Shown here: piece by piece, positions 28,201 through 40,200 of the stretch
Layout: each line of letters starts with the position of its first letter
Numbering within the stretch: position 1 is the first letter of the stretch
Assembly: GCF_964213995.1 (NCBI RefSeq)
Contig: NC_135809.1
Location: 108,996,001 to 109,060,000 of the forward strand
Reading direction: 5' to 3'
Source of the DNA: Mustelus asterias
Taxonomy: Eukaryota
Length of the DNA stretch: 64,000 bases
Notes under the pieces: model-generated
The model's input: the letters and a program-made list of their open reading frames with translations, nothing else
The model's database searches: none
Told to the model about the DNA's origin: nothing
Made by a program: the position numbers and the translations under genes

Positions 28201-31200
28201 AGCAGTGGCGATCCCACCACTCCCCCTCCACCCAGCAGACCCACCCCCGCCCGCTGATACCCCTCCAGAGGCAGGCTCCCCCCCCCGCCCCGCCCTCTGG
28301 CAGAGCACCACCCCCCAGCCCGCCCCAATCGCTGCCCTCCCTCCATCCCAGACTGATCCTTTCTGCAGAGTGGCAGCGGGAACCCCACCCCCACCGATTG
28401 CCTCTCAGCCCACCCACAGTAGGCCACGCCTCTTGGCACTGCCCAGTGCCCGGTGGGCAGTGCCAAGGTGCCCCATGGCCATGGACTTTGTCCCTTGGGC
28501 AGTGCCAAGGGGCACCGGCTGGCACTGCCAAGGTGCCCATGCCCGGGGCACTAATCCCCGCCGCCACTCCTTCATTTCGGCGGGGTCTCCGGCTAGTTCC
28601 CCGAACATAGAGAGCTAGTGTAAACCCCGCCAGAATAAAGTACTCCTGGCGGGGTGGGAGATTCAATTGGGCCCTGAAAAATCCCGATAATGAACTGCTA
28701 AACATATTTAAAATACGTTTAAAACAGATTCAAATTACTTACCCGCCTTCCAGCTGGTTTCCAACGTGGTCTGACCGGTAACTGTTCGCCGGCTCTGGGA
28801 GATGCGCAATGCGTTCCCGGCGCATGCGCAAATCCCGGTACAAGGCCGGAGACACGCATCTCCCACTGCGACCAGCCAGAAAGGTTGCGGGTCACGATGG
28901 GAGAATCACCACCGGGAGTTCCACAGAATCAGAATAAAGCAAATGCTTTGACTAAAACCAGAATATGTTTGACGAAATGCTGCAACACACAGGCCAGAAT
29001 TTTACCTGCACGCCCGCCCCGATTCTGGAGGCGGGCAATGCTTGGAGAACGGCATTCTCCATTGGCCTCGGCCGGGATCATATGAAACTCGGGTGGACGT
29101 GCTGGTAAAATGCTGCCCACACTCATCAACATATTTGTATCAGATAAAGCAGCTTTTGTTATATGTAGAAATTGATTGAATTTCCTGATTCGAGTACCAC
29201 TGAGGTATCCTGATATTGAAGTATGTTACTTCTCGATGAATGAAATTGAGGGGAAACAATCGCCTGTAAATGCGTGTGCATAACGAAACTGAACATTCCT
29301 GCCAATCCTAATTGAAACTAATTGTCTGAGAGATATTCACAGCAGAAAGATAAAACAACTAATAGTCCATTCTGTCTGTGAGTAAATGTGTTGCATAGAA
29401 ATTGGGATGCTTAATGAAGTACTTATCTGAGAAATAGGGATATTTATCCATGGATTAAAAGCATTGAGCTCAGCTTAATTCACATTTATTATTTTCTTAT
29501 TCCCAAAACAATCATCACTGTAATTTCTGCTCATTTGTGCTAATGGTTTACACTCTCATATAATCTCGTGTTCAACTAGAATTGACAGATGCCTCGTCAA
29601 ACGGTCCAAACGACACTCCGAGTGAAATGGGTGAACAAAAGTTTGGGAATGAAGGAACAACAAATCCGGATACTACAGGTGGGTTGATGTTCCCGTCGAG
29701 TATTTTTTGCCAATGTCTTGACTGAAACCTAGTACATATTTGATGGAAAGGTACAACACACAGTCATCATCACATTTGTATAAGATAATGCTGCATTTCC
29801 AAAGTATAGAAATTGATTGAATTTTCTGATTTGAATGCCACTGATGTATCCTGACATTGATGTATCTTACTTTTACAACGAATAAGACGAAGGAAAAAAA
29901 TTGCTCGAACCTTCTCGGCAAATTGTATAACAACACTGAGCAATTCTGCCAATACGAATTCAAACTAATTGTATGAGATTTATACGGGAGCAGTAAGAAA
30001 AAATGACAGACAATTCATACTCCGTTTAAGAGAAAATATTGCATAAAAGTTGCCTCTTCGTGTCCAGAGATGTGTAGGTTAGGTAGATTAACCATGGTAA
30101 ATATGCTGGGGTTACAGGAATAATTGAAATGGGGGCTGCGATTCTCCCAAAAATGCTGAATTGGCAGGAAAACTGTTCTAAATCTCGACTGTTTTGTCAA
30201 TTCAGCTTGTCACCCGAATCTCCGCACTCTGTGCACTGCAGAGGTCCTGTCGTAATTATCATTAAAAACCCAGACAGGGCCTATTCGCGTGGGAGTTTGA
30301 CAGTTCTGGAACTCTGCGCATGTGCAGTGGTCCCAATCTGTCAGTCTCCCTGCTTGCTGGTCCACTCGATCCAGGCCAGCCCGGGACCCATGCAGTGCTG
30401 CTCCTCTCGACCCCCCACAATAATTCCCAGGCCAACCCTGACATCTTCCCCCCCCCACCTCACCCCCATGACCCGCAGCACCCCGATGCACAGTCCACCC
30501 ACCCCCCAGCAGTGATGATCCCATCACCCCCTCACCCCAGCAGAACCCCCCTGCTGATTCCCCCGGGGTCAGACATCCCCAGAGGCAGGGCTCCCCCCCC
30601 CCCTGCAGTCCACACCCTCCAGCTCGCCCCACTTGCTGCGCTCCCTCCATCCTGGAATAATCCTGTCTGCAGAGCGACAGCGGGACCCCCCACCCCCACC
30701 GATTGCCCCAGGCCCTGCTCACAGTAGGCCACGCCCCCTTGACACTGCCCAATACCCAGTGGGCAGTGCAAAGGAACCCCTTGGGCATGGGCACTTTGCC
30801 CCTTGGGCAATGCCAGGGGGCACTGGCTGGCACTGCCAGGGTCCCCATGCTCAGGGGGCATCACCACCCACTGCCTGACTCCCTGGGATGCCCTGATTGC
30901 ACCCCCTTTGTTCCGGCGGAGTCTCCCGCTAGTTCCCCGAACGTGGGGAGCTCGTGTAAACCCCGCCGGAATAAAGTACTCCTAGCGGGATGGGAGATTC
31001 AATTGGGACCTGAAAATTCCCGATAATGAACTGCTAAACATATTTAAAATACATTTCAAACAGATTCAAATTACATACCTGTCTTCCTGCCGGTTTCCAG
31101 TGTGGTCTGACCGGTGACTGTTTGCCGGCTTTGGGAGATGTGCATGTGTTCCCGGTGCATGCGCAAATCCCGGTACAAGGCCGGCGATGCGCATCTCCCA

Positions 31201-34200
31201 TTGCGACCAGCCAGAAAAGTTGCGGGTCGTGATGGGAGAATCGTGGCCAGGAGTTCCACAGAATCAGAATGAAGCAAATGCTTTGACTGAAACCAGAACA
31301 TGTTTGATGAAATGCTGCAACACACAGGCCAGAATTTTACCTGCTCGCCCGTCCCAATTCTGGAGGCCTTTCAGTTCATGCTCAGCGCTACCCACCCATT
31401 TTCTAGCATTATCTACTCAGGGTTCATGCTCAGCAGTCTATCCAAGTTCATGCTCTCATTGTCTACATATATTAGTGCTAACACCTTCTATCTACTTATC
31501 TTTTTCACTTTTCCTCACTTAGTTCATATCTCTCCTCAAGCCCAAACTCTCCTCTCTCTTTCACCGAGTTCAGTTTAAGTTTCTTCTTTACTTGGCTCCT
31601 TCCTGTTACCTGAAACTGCTGCAGACTGTGAATGAAACAAGCTGAATGTTAATGAAAACAAAGTTCATGTGAAAGTTCATCCTCTTGGCAGGCAGCAGAG
31701 TTCTATCCCTGTGCACAGCAGCAGTAAGAAGTCTCACAACACCAGGTTAAAGTCCAACAGGTTTATTTGGTAGCAAATACCATAAGCTTTCGGAGCAATG
31801 CTCCTTCGTCAGATGGAGTGGTCTCTGTCCATCTGACGAAGGAGCATTGCTCCGAAAGCTTATGGTATTTGCTACCAAATACACCTGTTGGACTTTAACC
31901 TGGTGTTGTGAGACTTCTTACTGTGCTTACCCCAGTCCAACGCCGGCATCTCCACATCACAGCAGCAGCATCAGGTGGCAAACTTGGCCAAGGCAGAAGG
32001 CCCAAATAAAAGCTGCTTTTCAAACTTGTGCCCAACTGCAAAACACTTTGTGCATGGAATGTGTTGTGTCAGTAAGGAAATCAAGGGTCAGGGGAGAAGG
32101 GCAGCAGAATGGACATGAGGAATGTTATGGTTCAGGTCAGAAACTCCAAAGTGTTATGGAACCCACCTGGATCATACGTTTTGCATCTTGAATTTGGCTA
32201 GGATAAGCGTGATATGTTTTAAATGACCCACTCGGGAGCATTTATCAAACAAAGTATATTTAAGAATATAGTTGACATGTATAGTAAGAAAATTAGCAAG
32301 AACTCTTATCAATTATAAACAAGAAACAAAACAACCACTATAATGTATCATCTTAACAAATATATCTAATTTATTAGAATCAAACAAATCCCAGAGACAA
32401 AAAACCCTTTTCACAGGTTTAACACAGCAAAGACTAATGCTCATGTAATACTGGACTTGAGATCTTTGGATGAAGTCTCTCGTTCTTTGGATAGATTCAG
32501 AACAGTTTGAAGTCAGAACATCTTCCCAAAACACCAGGGACTCTAGGCAAGCCACCAACAGCTGATTCCCCCCTTCAGAAAGGCAAGATTTTCCTTCAGC
32601 TAACCAGCAAAATTTCCAAAACCAGGGAAAGGGAGACTTCTTTTCAGCTTGATGTCCCTTCTAAAACTCAAACTAAGCAGCAGCTCAAACTGAAAGGAAA
32701 GAACTCCTGTCACCTGACCTGCTAACCAAGTTTTTTCTTAACAATGCAGAGTCATAAACATCCCAGTAAAAATAAACAAACCCCTGTTTAAGCAGCAATA
32801 AAATGACTCGTGCAGACAGCCTGAGAACAATGGGAAAAGCAAACTGAAAAAATTTGCTTACAACTGCAGAGTACATGATTTAAAAAAACACTTCTTAAAG
32901 GTACTCTAACATGAGGCGAATGTCAGGACAGCCATGATCTATTGAATGGTGGGGCATTTTGCCACTTGGGCAGTGTCAGGGAATCCAGGTTGGGACTGCC
33001 AAGATGCCAATGCCAAGGGGGTACCCCCTTGGCGCCCAATCCTCTGGGGGGCCTTGATTGCCCCCTCTTCACTTCAGCTGGATCAGGCTGCTAACTCCAG
33101 ATTGATGGGAGCTATAGTGGTCCCTGATGGAGTGAAATATTCCTGGGCCTGGAGATTTCAATCCCGGGCCTGCGAATTGCATTCAAATTACATTAAAATT
33201 CGGGCTGCATAAATTATTCAGCTCCACGCCTATTTCCATCACGGAGCTGATGGCGTCAGAAATCCAGCACTGGGAGACGTACTCAAGGCTGGATGCCCAG
33301 TGCGGATTGCACTATTCAGCCGCCGCTTGAATCTCCTGGCTCGCTGCGCTGAGAATCACACCTGTTATATTTTAAAATTGGCCAATTGCATTATCATTCC
33401 TGTTTCTGCACCTTTACACAATGTACACAATGCCCTTTAGATTGTTTATATTTATTTTGTGCATTAATGAAGGATCACAGGCTCCCTGCACAAAAGACAA
33501 AAGCAGTACTGAAAAAAGAAAGTAAGGTGCCATTCCCTGTGTAACTGCATCATCACATGACATCACCTACTAACCACACCATCAGCTTCTTGTTGCACAA
33601 CACACCACACGTCCGTCACTCACCCAATAGCACTCCCGGACACTGAGGACATATATCGGACATCAAGATACTCCTCAATCTTCCACTCACACACCTATCA
33701 ATGAAGCTACTAATCTGTTACCCATTTCTTGTGATCTCCAGAGACCTCCAGCTATTCACCTGTGGCAGGCACATCACCCAAGCATGTCATTGCACAATCA
33801 CTGCTGTTCTTCACCCATTATTGCAAGGCAAGGGCACAGAGCTGGGAGGCATAAGGATATCTGCACCTCCTGAGCTGTGCGGAGGTGATGGTTCTCTGCA
33901 TCATGCAGTATTGCAGCATCAGGAGGCCTAGCTGCTGATGAACTGTCTCTTGTGTTTGGAACAGGTCAAGAATTGAATGAAATGCAGGGAGTTAATGGCA
34001 ATCAGGGGAAATCTCTTCACTGTTTGGAGTAATACCTGGGGCAAAGGAGATGGTTATGGTGGATGGAGATCAATCATCTCCGCTCCAGAACTTCACTGCA
34101 GGAGTTCCTCAGGGTAGTGTCCTAGGCCCAACTATCTTCAGCTACTTCATCAATGACCTTCTTCCATCACAAGGTCAGAAATGAGGATGATCATAACTGA

Positions 34201-37200
34201 TTGCACCGTTCGTGACTCCACAGATTCTGAAGCAGCTCATGTCCAAATGCAGCAAGGCATGGACAATATTCAAGCATGGGCTGATAAGTAACATTTGTGC
34301 CACGTAAGTGCCAGGAAATGACTATCTCCAACAAGAGACGATCTAACCATCAGTCCTTGACATTTAATGGTGTACCATAGCTGAATCCCCCACTATCGAG
34401 AGCTTGGGGATTACCGTTGACCAGAAACTGAACTGGACTAGCCACATACTGAGGCTACCAGAACAGGTCAAAGGCTAGAAATCCTGTGGTGAGTAACTCA
34501 CCTCCTGACTTCCCCAAAATCTCCATCTACAAGGCAAAAGTTAAGAGTATACTGAAGTACTGTGCACTTGCTTGGATGAGTACAGCTCCAACAATACTGA
34601 AGAAGCTCGACATCATCCAGAACAAAGCAGCTCATTTGACTGACATCCATTCTACAAACATTCACGTCCTCCACCACTGACTTGCAGTGACAGCCTTGTG
34701 TATGTTGTGCCTGCCGCACAGTCTGTTTTAACCCTTATACGATGGACATAGAATTGCGAGTAGACTTCTTGTTAGTACAATAATATTTATTTAAAACACA
34801 CGATCAATAATCACCAACACAACCAACAATAAGTTATCTTACAGAAAATACTAAAGTTCAAGTCCAATACGAGACCTTGACTTAACTTTGCGTGACTGGC
34901 AGGTACCCAAGCAGATATTGGCCTTTATCTGTGTGCTGGTCTCTGTAGTCCTCTGCATAGTCTGGTCCTTTGGTCTGGTCTGGTCTGGTACTCTGGCTCT
35001 GGTCTTCCTTCCTTTTCGGGTGTGGTGGCACTCCTCGTGCTGATCATTGCTGGTGACGGTCACCATTGTCACTCGTTCGTGGGGTCAGAGAGAGAGACAG
35101 AGCTTCTGTTGTGCCGCAGCTTTTATCCATCCTTGGTTTCATGTCCTTTTTAGGTGGTCTCCTGATTCTTGTCAATCAATCAATCGATCGAGGCTTGATC
35201 ACCCTGATCGATAAGAGTCCAATCAGATGCTGCCATACTGATCTGTGGGTGTGTACCCAACGGCCATGCCTGTAGGTGCTGGAGGCACATCGGTCACATA
35301 CTTCCCTCCCAAATAAGGGGTTAAGGCTCCCCTTTGTCTGGTAAACAAGTATGTTTGACCAGAAAGTTTCCATTGTCTTTGGGATGGCCTATTTCCTGTG
35401 TATTCAGTCGTCTGAGTTGCAGCCTGTTTATCTCTGTCTTTTAAGCTGCAGTCTGCTGTTTCAATTATCCCAGCATGCTCTGTAAATCACCATTTTATGT
35501 GGCCCGTTTGGCCACATGTACCATCTGCAAGACTCCTGAGACAGCACTTTCCAAACCCATAGCCAGCACCATCTAGAATGACAAGGGTAATAGACACATA
35601 AGAATCAATGCTGGGGCACCAACTTTTTATAATTGATGTAAATGATTTGCATGAAGAGATCAAAAGTATTGTTGCTAACTTTGCTGATGATGTAGATATA
35701 AGTTGGAAAGTAAATTGGGAGGAGAATATAAGAAGGCTACAAAAGGATGCAGATATGTTAGATGTGTCGGCAACGATCTGGTAAATGGAGGAGATTATGG
35801 GAAAATGTGTAATTGTCCATTTTGGAAGGAATTGTAACAAGGAAGCACATTATTCAAATGTTAAGAGATTGCAAAGCTCTGGGATGCAGAGGGATCAGGG
35901 TGTCCTGGTGCATGAATTAGTGCAAAAGGTTAGAAATTAGGTACAACAAGTAATCAGGAAAGCAAATAGAACTTTATTGCTTATTGCAAGTGGGTAGGTG
36001 TGAATTTGGAGTTGAACTTAAAATCAGATCAGTCATGGACTTACTGAATGTTGGAGCAGGCTTGAAGGGCTGAGTGGCCCTCAATGAAGAAAAAAATAAG
36101 GTGTGCAAACTTGTCATTTATTCACTCATGGGCTGTGGCAACATTGACTCATCATTCATTTATTGGCATCTGAAAGCTTAATGACAATTTTTAATGAATT
36201 ATAAAAAGTTGAGGCACCAGTGACAGTGGGAAGTGGAGGGTAGGGGTGCGGGGGGCTCTAGGTTTTCATCCCAGTGATGGGAAGTCAACAGGCAAATATT
36301 TCCAAGTCAGCATTGTGTAAACCTTGGAGCAGCAGTAATGATGTTCCCATGCACCTGCTGTCCTAGTTCTTCTCAATGGTCATCGTTGCACATTTAACAG
36401 CAATTGAGAATGAATTAAAAAGTCTAATTGTTCATTATTCTTTCCATCAATTCAGTTTGTAATTTGTATCTAAACAAGAATGCTTAGAAGAGAATTGGAA
36501 CAAATACGTTTCTGTCACATGAATGCCTTTTGTTTTATAGTTGCGTTAATAATTGGTGATATGAAGAAACCAGACAAAATTATCGCTGGTGAGAAAACCA
36601 ATCTGAGTTGGAAAGTTTCTGTGTTCAGTCCAAGGGAGGTGAAGAATTTTGTCACATCTGTGAAGAGGAAAGGGGAGCAGGAAGCAAAGAAGTTATTTCA
36701 CTGGAAAATCCCACTGGACAAATTCACAGGACCATTTGGAGTAACTCTCCCTCTCAACAATGTATTACATTTATGTGAGAAGGATGATTCCTTCAGTGCT
36801 GAGACACCAGAATTACAACGCGAATCTGATGGTTCTTTCTGCATTCTGTGTTCCATTACATTGTGTCCTGATGTATCTAAGGATGATGGTGCTGAGTTAA
36901 TCTTTGAAGTTCAACAGGAAGGTACTGAGGAACCTTGGACTAAAAGCACAGTACTGAAGGTCACTGCAGGTAATTTCAGTATTTTGTACATCATGCAAAC
37001 TCTTGCAAGCATGATTATGAAATTCTTGAGTGGGAGATCATGACACCAACATAAAAGCAGTTTTTAATGTTATCCCCTTCAATATGATGATGAAAATTAG
37101 CAAGTCCTGCATAGTTTAGGTGATTGGAACCACAATTTAATGATTTGGTCAGACGTTACTCGCTGTTTTCAATCAGGGGTCATTGGCCTTTGGCTGCTTT

Positions 37201-40200
37201 ACATTCAAACTCTGTGGGATAATGTGGAGGGCCTCAGATATGTCCACTGAGGTATGCACAATAATTATTACTGACCCCAGGCACCCCAGGCCTCTTCCAC
37301 CTTCTTTTGTTGGCGAAAAGATACTAATCTCTGAGATCACGTACCAACCAACTCAAGAACAGCTTCTTCCCTGCTGCCATCAGACTTTTGAAAGGACCTA
37401 CCATATATTAAGTTGATCTCTCTCTGAACCCTAGCTATGATTGTAACACCATGGGTGGGATTTTCAGGTCTCGCTCGCCCTGAACCCAGAAAATCCCTTT
37501 CTATGGTCCGCCCCTCACCTGCTCTGATTCCCGTGGTGGGCGGGACAGTAAAATTCACCCATATATTCTGCACCTTCTCCTTTCCATAGAATCATACAGA
37601 GCAGAAGAGGCCCTTCGGCCCATCCAATCCGCACCAACACATTAGAAACTCCTGAACTCCCACCTAATGCCATCTGCCTGCACTTGGCCCATAGCCTTGA
37701 ATGTTATGATGTGCCATATGCTCATCCAGATACTTTTTAAAGGATGTGAGGCAACCTGCCTCTACCACCGTCCCAGGCAGCGCATTCCAGACCATCACCA
37801 CGTTCTGAGTAAAAGTTTTTCTTCACATTCCCCCCTAATCCTACTCACCTTGATGCCCCTCACCTTGAACTTATATCCCCTTGTGACTGACCCTTCAACT
37901 AAGGGGAACAGCTGCTCCTTATGCACTCTATCCATGTCTCCCATGGTCTTGTACACCCCAATCAGGTCGCTCCTTAGTCTTCTCTGCTGCAACCAAAACA
38001 ACCCAAGTCTATCCAACTTCTCTTCATAGCTTAAAAGTTCCATCATGCAGCATCCTTGTATATCTCCTCCGCACCCCCTCCATTGCAATCACATCCTTCC
38101 TATAATGTGGCGACCAGAACTGCACGCAGTACTCTAGCTGTGGCCTCACCAAAGTTCTATACAACTCCAAGATGATTTCCCTGCTTTTGTAATCTATATC
38201 TCAATTGATAAAGGCAAGTGTCCCATATGCCTTTTTCACCACCTACTAACATGCCCTTTCGTCTTCAGAGATCTGTGGACAAACATGCCATGGTCCCTTT
38301 GTTCCACAGAACTTCCTAATGTCTTACCATTCATTGAGTACTTCTTTGTCAAGTTACTCCTTCCAACGTATATCACCTCACACTTTTTAGGGTAAAATTC
38401 CATCTTGCCACTTATCTGCACATTTGACCATTCTGCCTATATCAAGCTTTGCCTCTGCAAGTGGATATACATGCTCTCCTTGAGACATTTCTCCAATAGT
38501 TTCCCTACCATTGACATGGTCCTTCTCCAGGAATGGTATGCTTTGTCTGTATAGCACGCAAGAAACAATACTTTTCACTGTATACTAATACACGTGACAA
38601 CAATAAATCAAATCAAAATCAAATCAGTGATTGTGAATTTGGAAGCTGCCCTCGAAGAAGCATTATTTGACTAAATGAAACAAAATATAACTGATTGAAG
38701 GTGTGGAATGTAGGAGAGTGTTCCAGTCAGCAAAATACTCACTTTGACATCGGTGAACAGGTTTATTTCAGGTTGTCACCCTTAACGCGCTAATGGGATC
38801 AAGAGATGATGGAAGCAATAAATGTAATAAAATACCTTAAGTTCTGTTGAAAGAGGGGGAAACAATTGAGCTTCAAGTATTCTTAGAAATATTAGCTACA
38901 TCATTCAGTTATCTTGTCTGCCAGTCAGAAGGAAATGTGAGGTTCTGCTCCACGATTTTGAGTAATTGTCTTGACTGACACCTAGTATATATTTGATGCA
39001 ATAATGAATGCAGTCACACAGTCATCCTCATATTTGTCCAAGATAAAGCTCCTTTTTTAAAATATCAAATTTGATTCAATTTTTCAAATAGAATGTCCTT
39101 ATGTATCCTGAAATTGAAATATCTTACTTTTACAATGATTATGTCACAGGAAAATATTTTGCTCATGAATTCTGGGACAAATTGTATGAGAAGGTTGTGC
39201 AATGTTGGCAATAATAATTGAAACTAATTGCTTGAGGTATATTCAGGGCAGGAGGAGAAACCAAATAGAACAAAATATAATTTATTGATTCAGTGGAATA
39301 TAGGAGACTGTTCCAGTTAGCAAAAGCCTCATTCTGTCTGATGTTTACACATTTCTTTCAAGATTGTCATCCTGAACAAAATAATGGTTGTAATGGACAG
39401 AATAAACGTGATGGGATGCATTTTGTTCCATTGAAATAGGGGGAAAGAATTCTATCTCATCGAGGCTTTGATCTGCACATTGTGGCTTCAAGTATTCTGA
39501 GAAATATTGGCTACATCATTCAAAATCTCCCAGTCAGAAGGAAATGTGTTGATGTTCCAGTCCAAGACATTGAGAAAAACCCTTGACTGAAACCATATTT
39601 GATGGAATGGTAGTTTTGTTAAATACAGAAATTGATAGAATTTTCTTATTCAAATGCCACTGATGTATCCTCTCATTGAAGTGGGTTACTTTTACAACAA
39701 ATAAGATCCAAGAAATAAAATTGTTCATAAAGTTGTGGACAAATTGTATCGCAAAACTGAATAATTTTGCCAAAGCTAATTTGAACTAATTGTCTGAGGT
39801 ATACTCCCAGCAGTAAAAAAAAATGACTGACAGTTAATACTCTGAGAAGAAAACATAGCATCAGGCTTCGGGTTCTTAATGCTGCACTTATCTGAGAAAG
39901 ATGAATATCTGTCCATGGATAAGAAAATATTGAGCTCATCTAATTTCATGTACATTGTTTGCACGTTATACAAAAAAAATCAGTGTACCTTCTGCTCCAT
40001 TATGCTATGAGTTTACAGTATCATATGTTTTGTTTCATCCCGATTTAACAGACACCTCTCCAAACATTCCCAACAATATTCCGAGTGAAATGGAAGTTCA
40101 ACAGGACGCGAATCAAGGAACAGGGAATCCGGACACTGCAGGTGGGTTGATGATCAGGTCCACGACTTGCAGCAAATATCTTGACTGAAACCTGGTACAT

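Larger units (their letters stand above)
22700..30122 (+). repeat. Tandem array of ~650-bp exon-bearing units with a higher-order ~2.86-kb duplication (25161-27262 vs 28003-30122)
   Basis: Recurring gtgggttgatg...cttgactgaaacc...gtcatcctcacatttg...gtatcctgacattgaag; offsets of 651 and 2860 nt. Confidence 0.85.

Noticed and set aside
22700-30122. CRISPR-like or V(D)J-like cassette array
   Set aside because: Eukaryotic context; units are ~650 bp intron-exon duplicates; no heptamer/nonamer RSS seen flanking the exons
25112-31026. Long Gly/Pro/Trp-rich ORFs on both strands
   Set aside because: They lie within GC-rich MITE copies, are open in several frames and show no domain motifs
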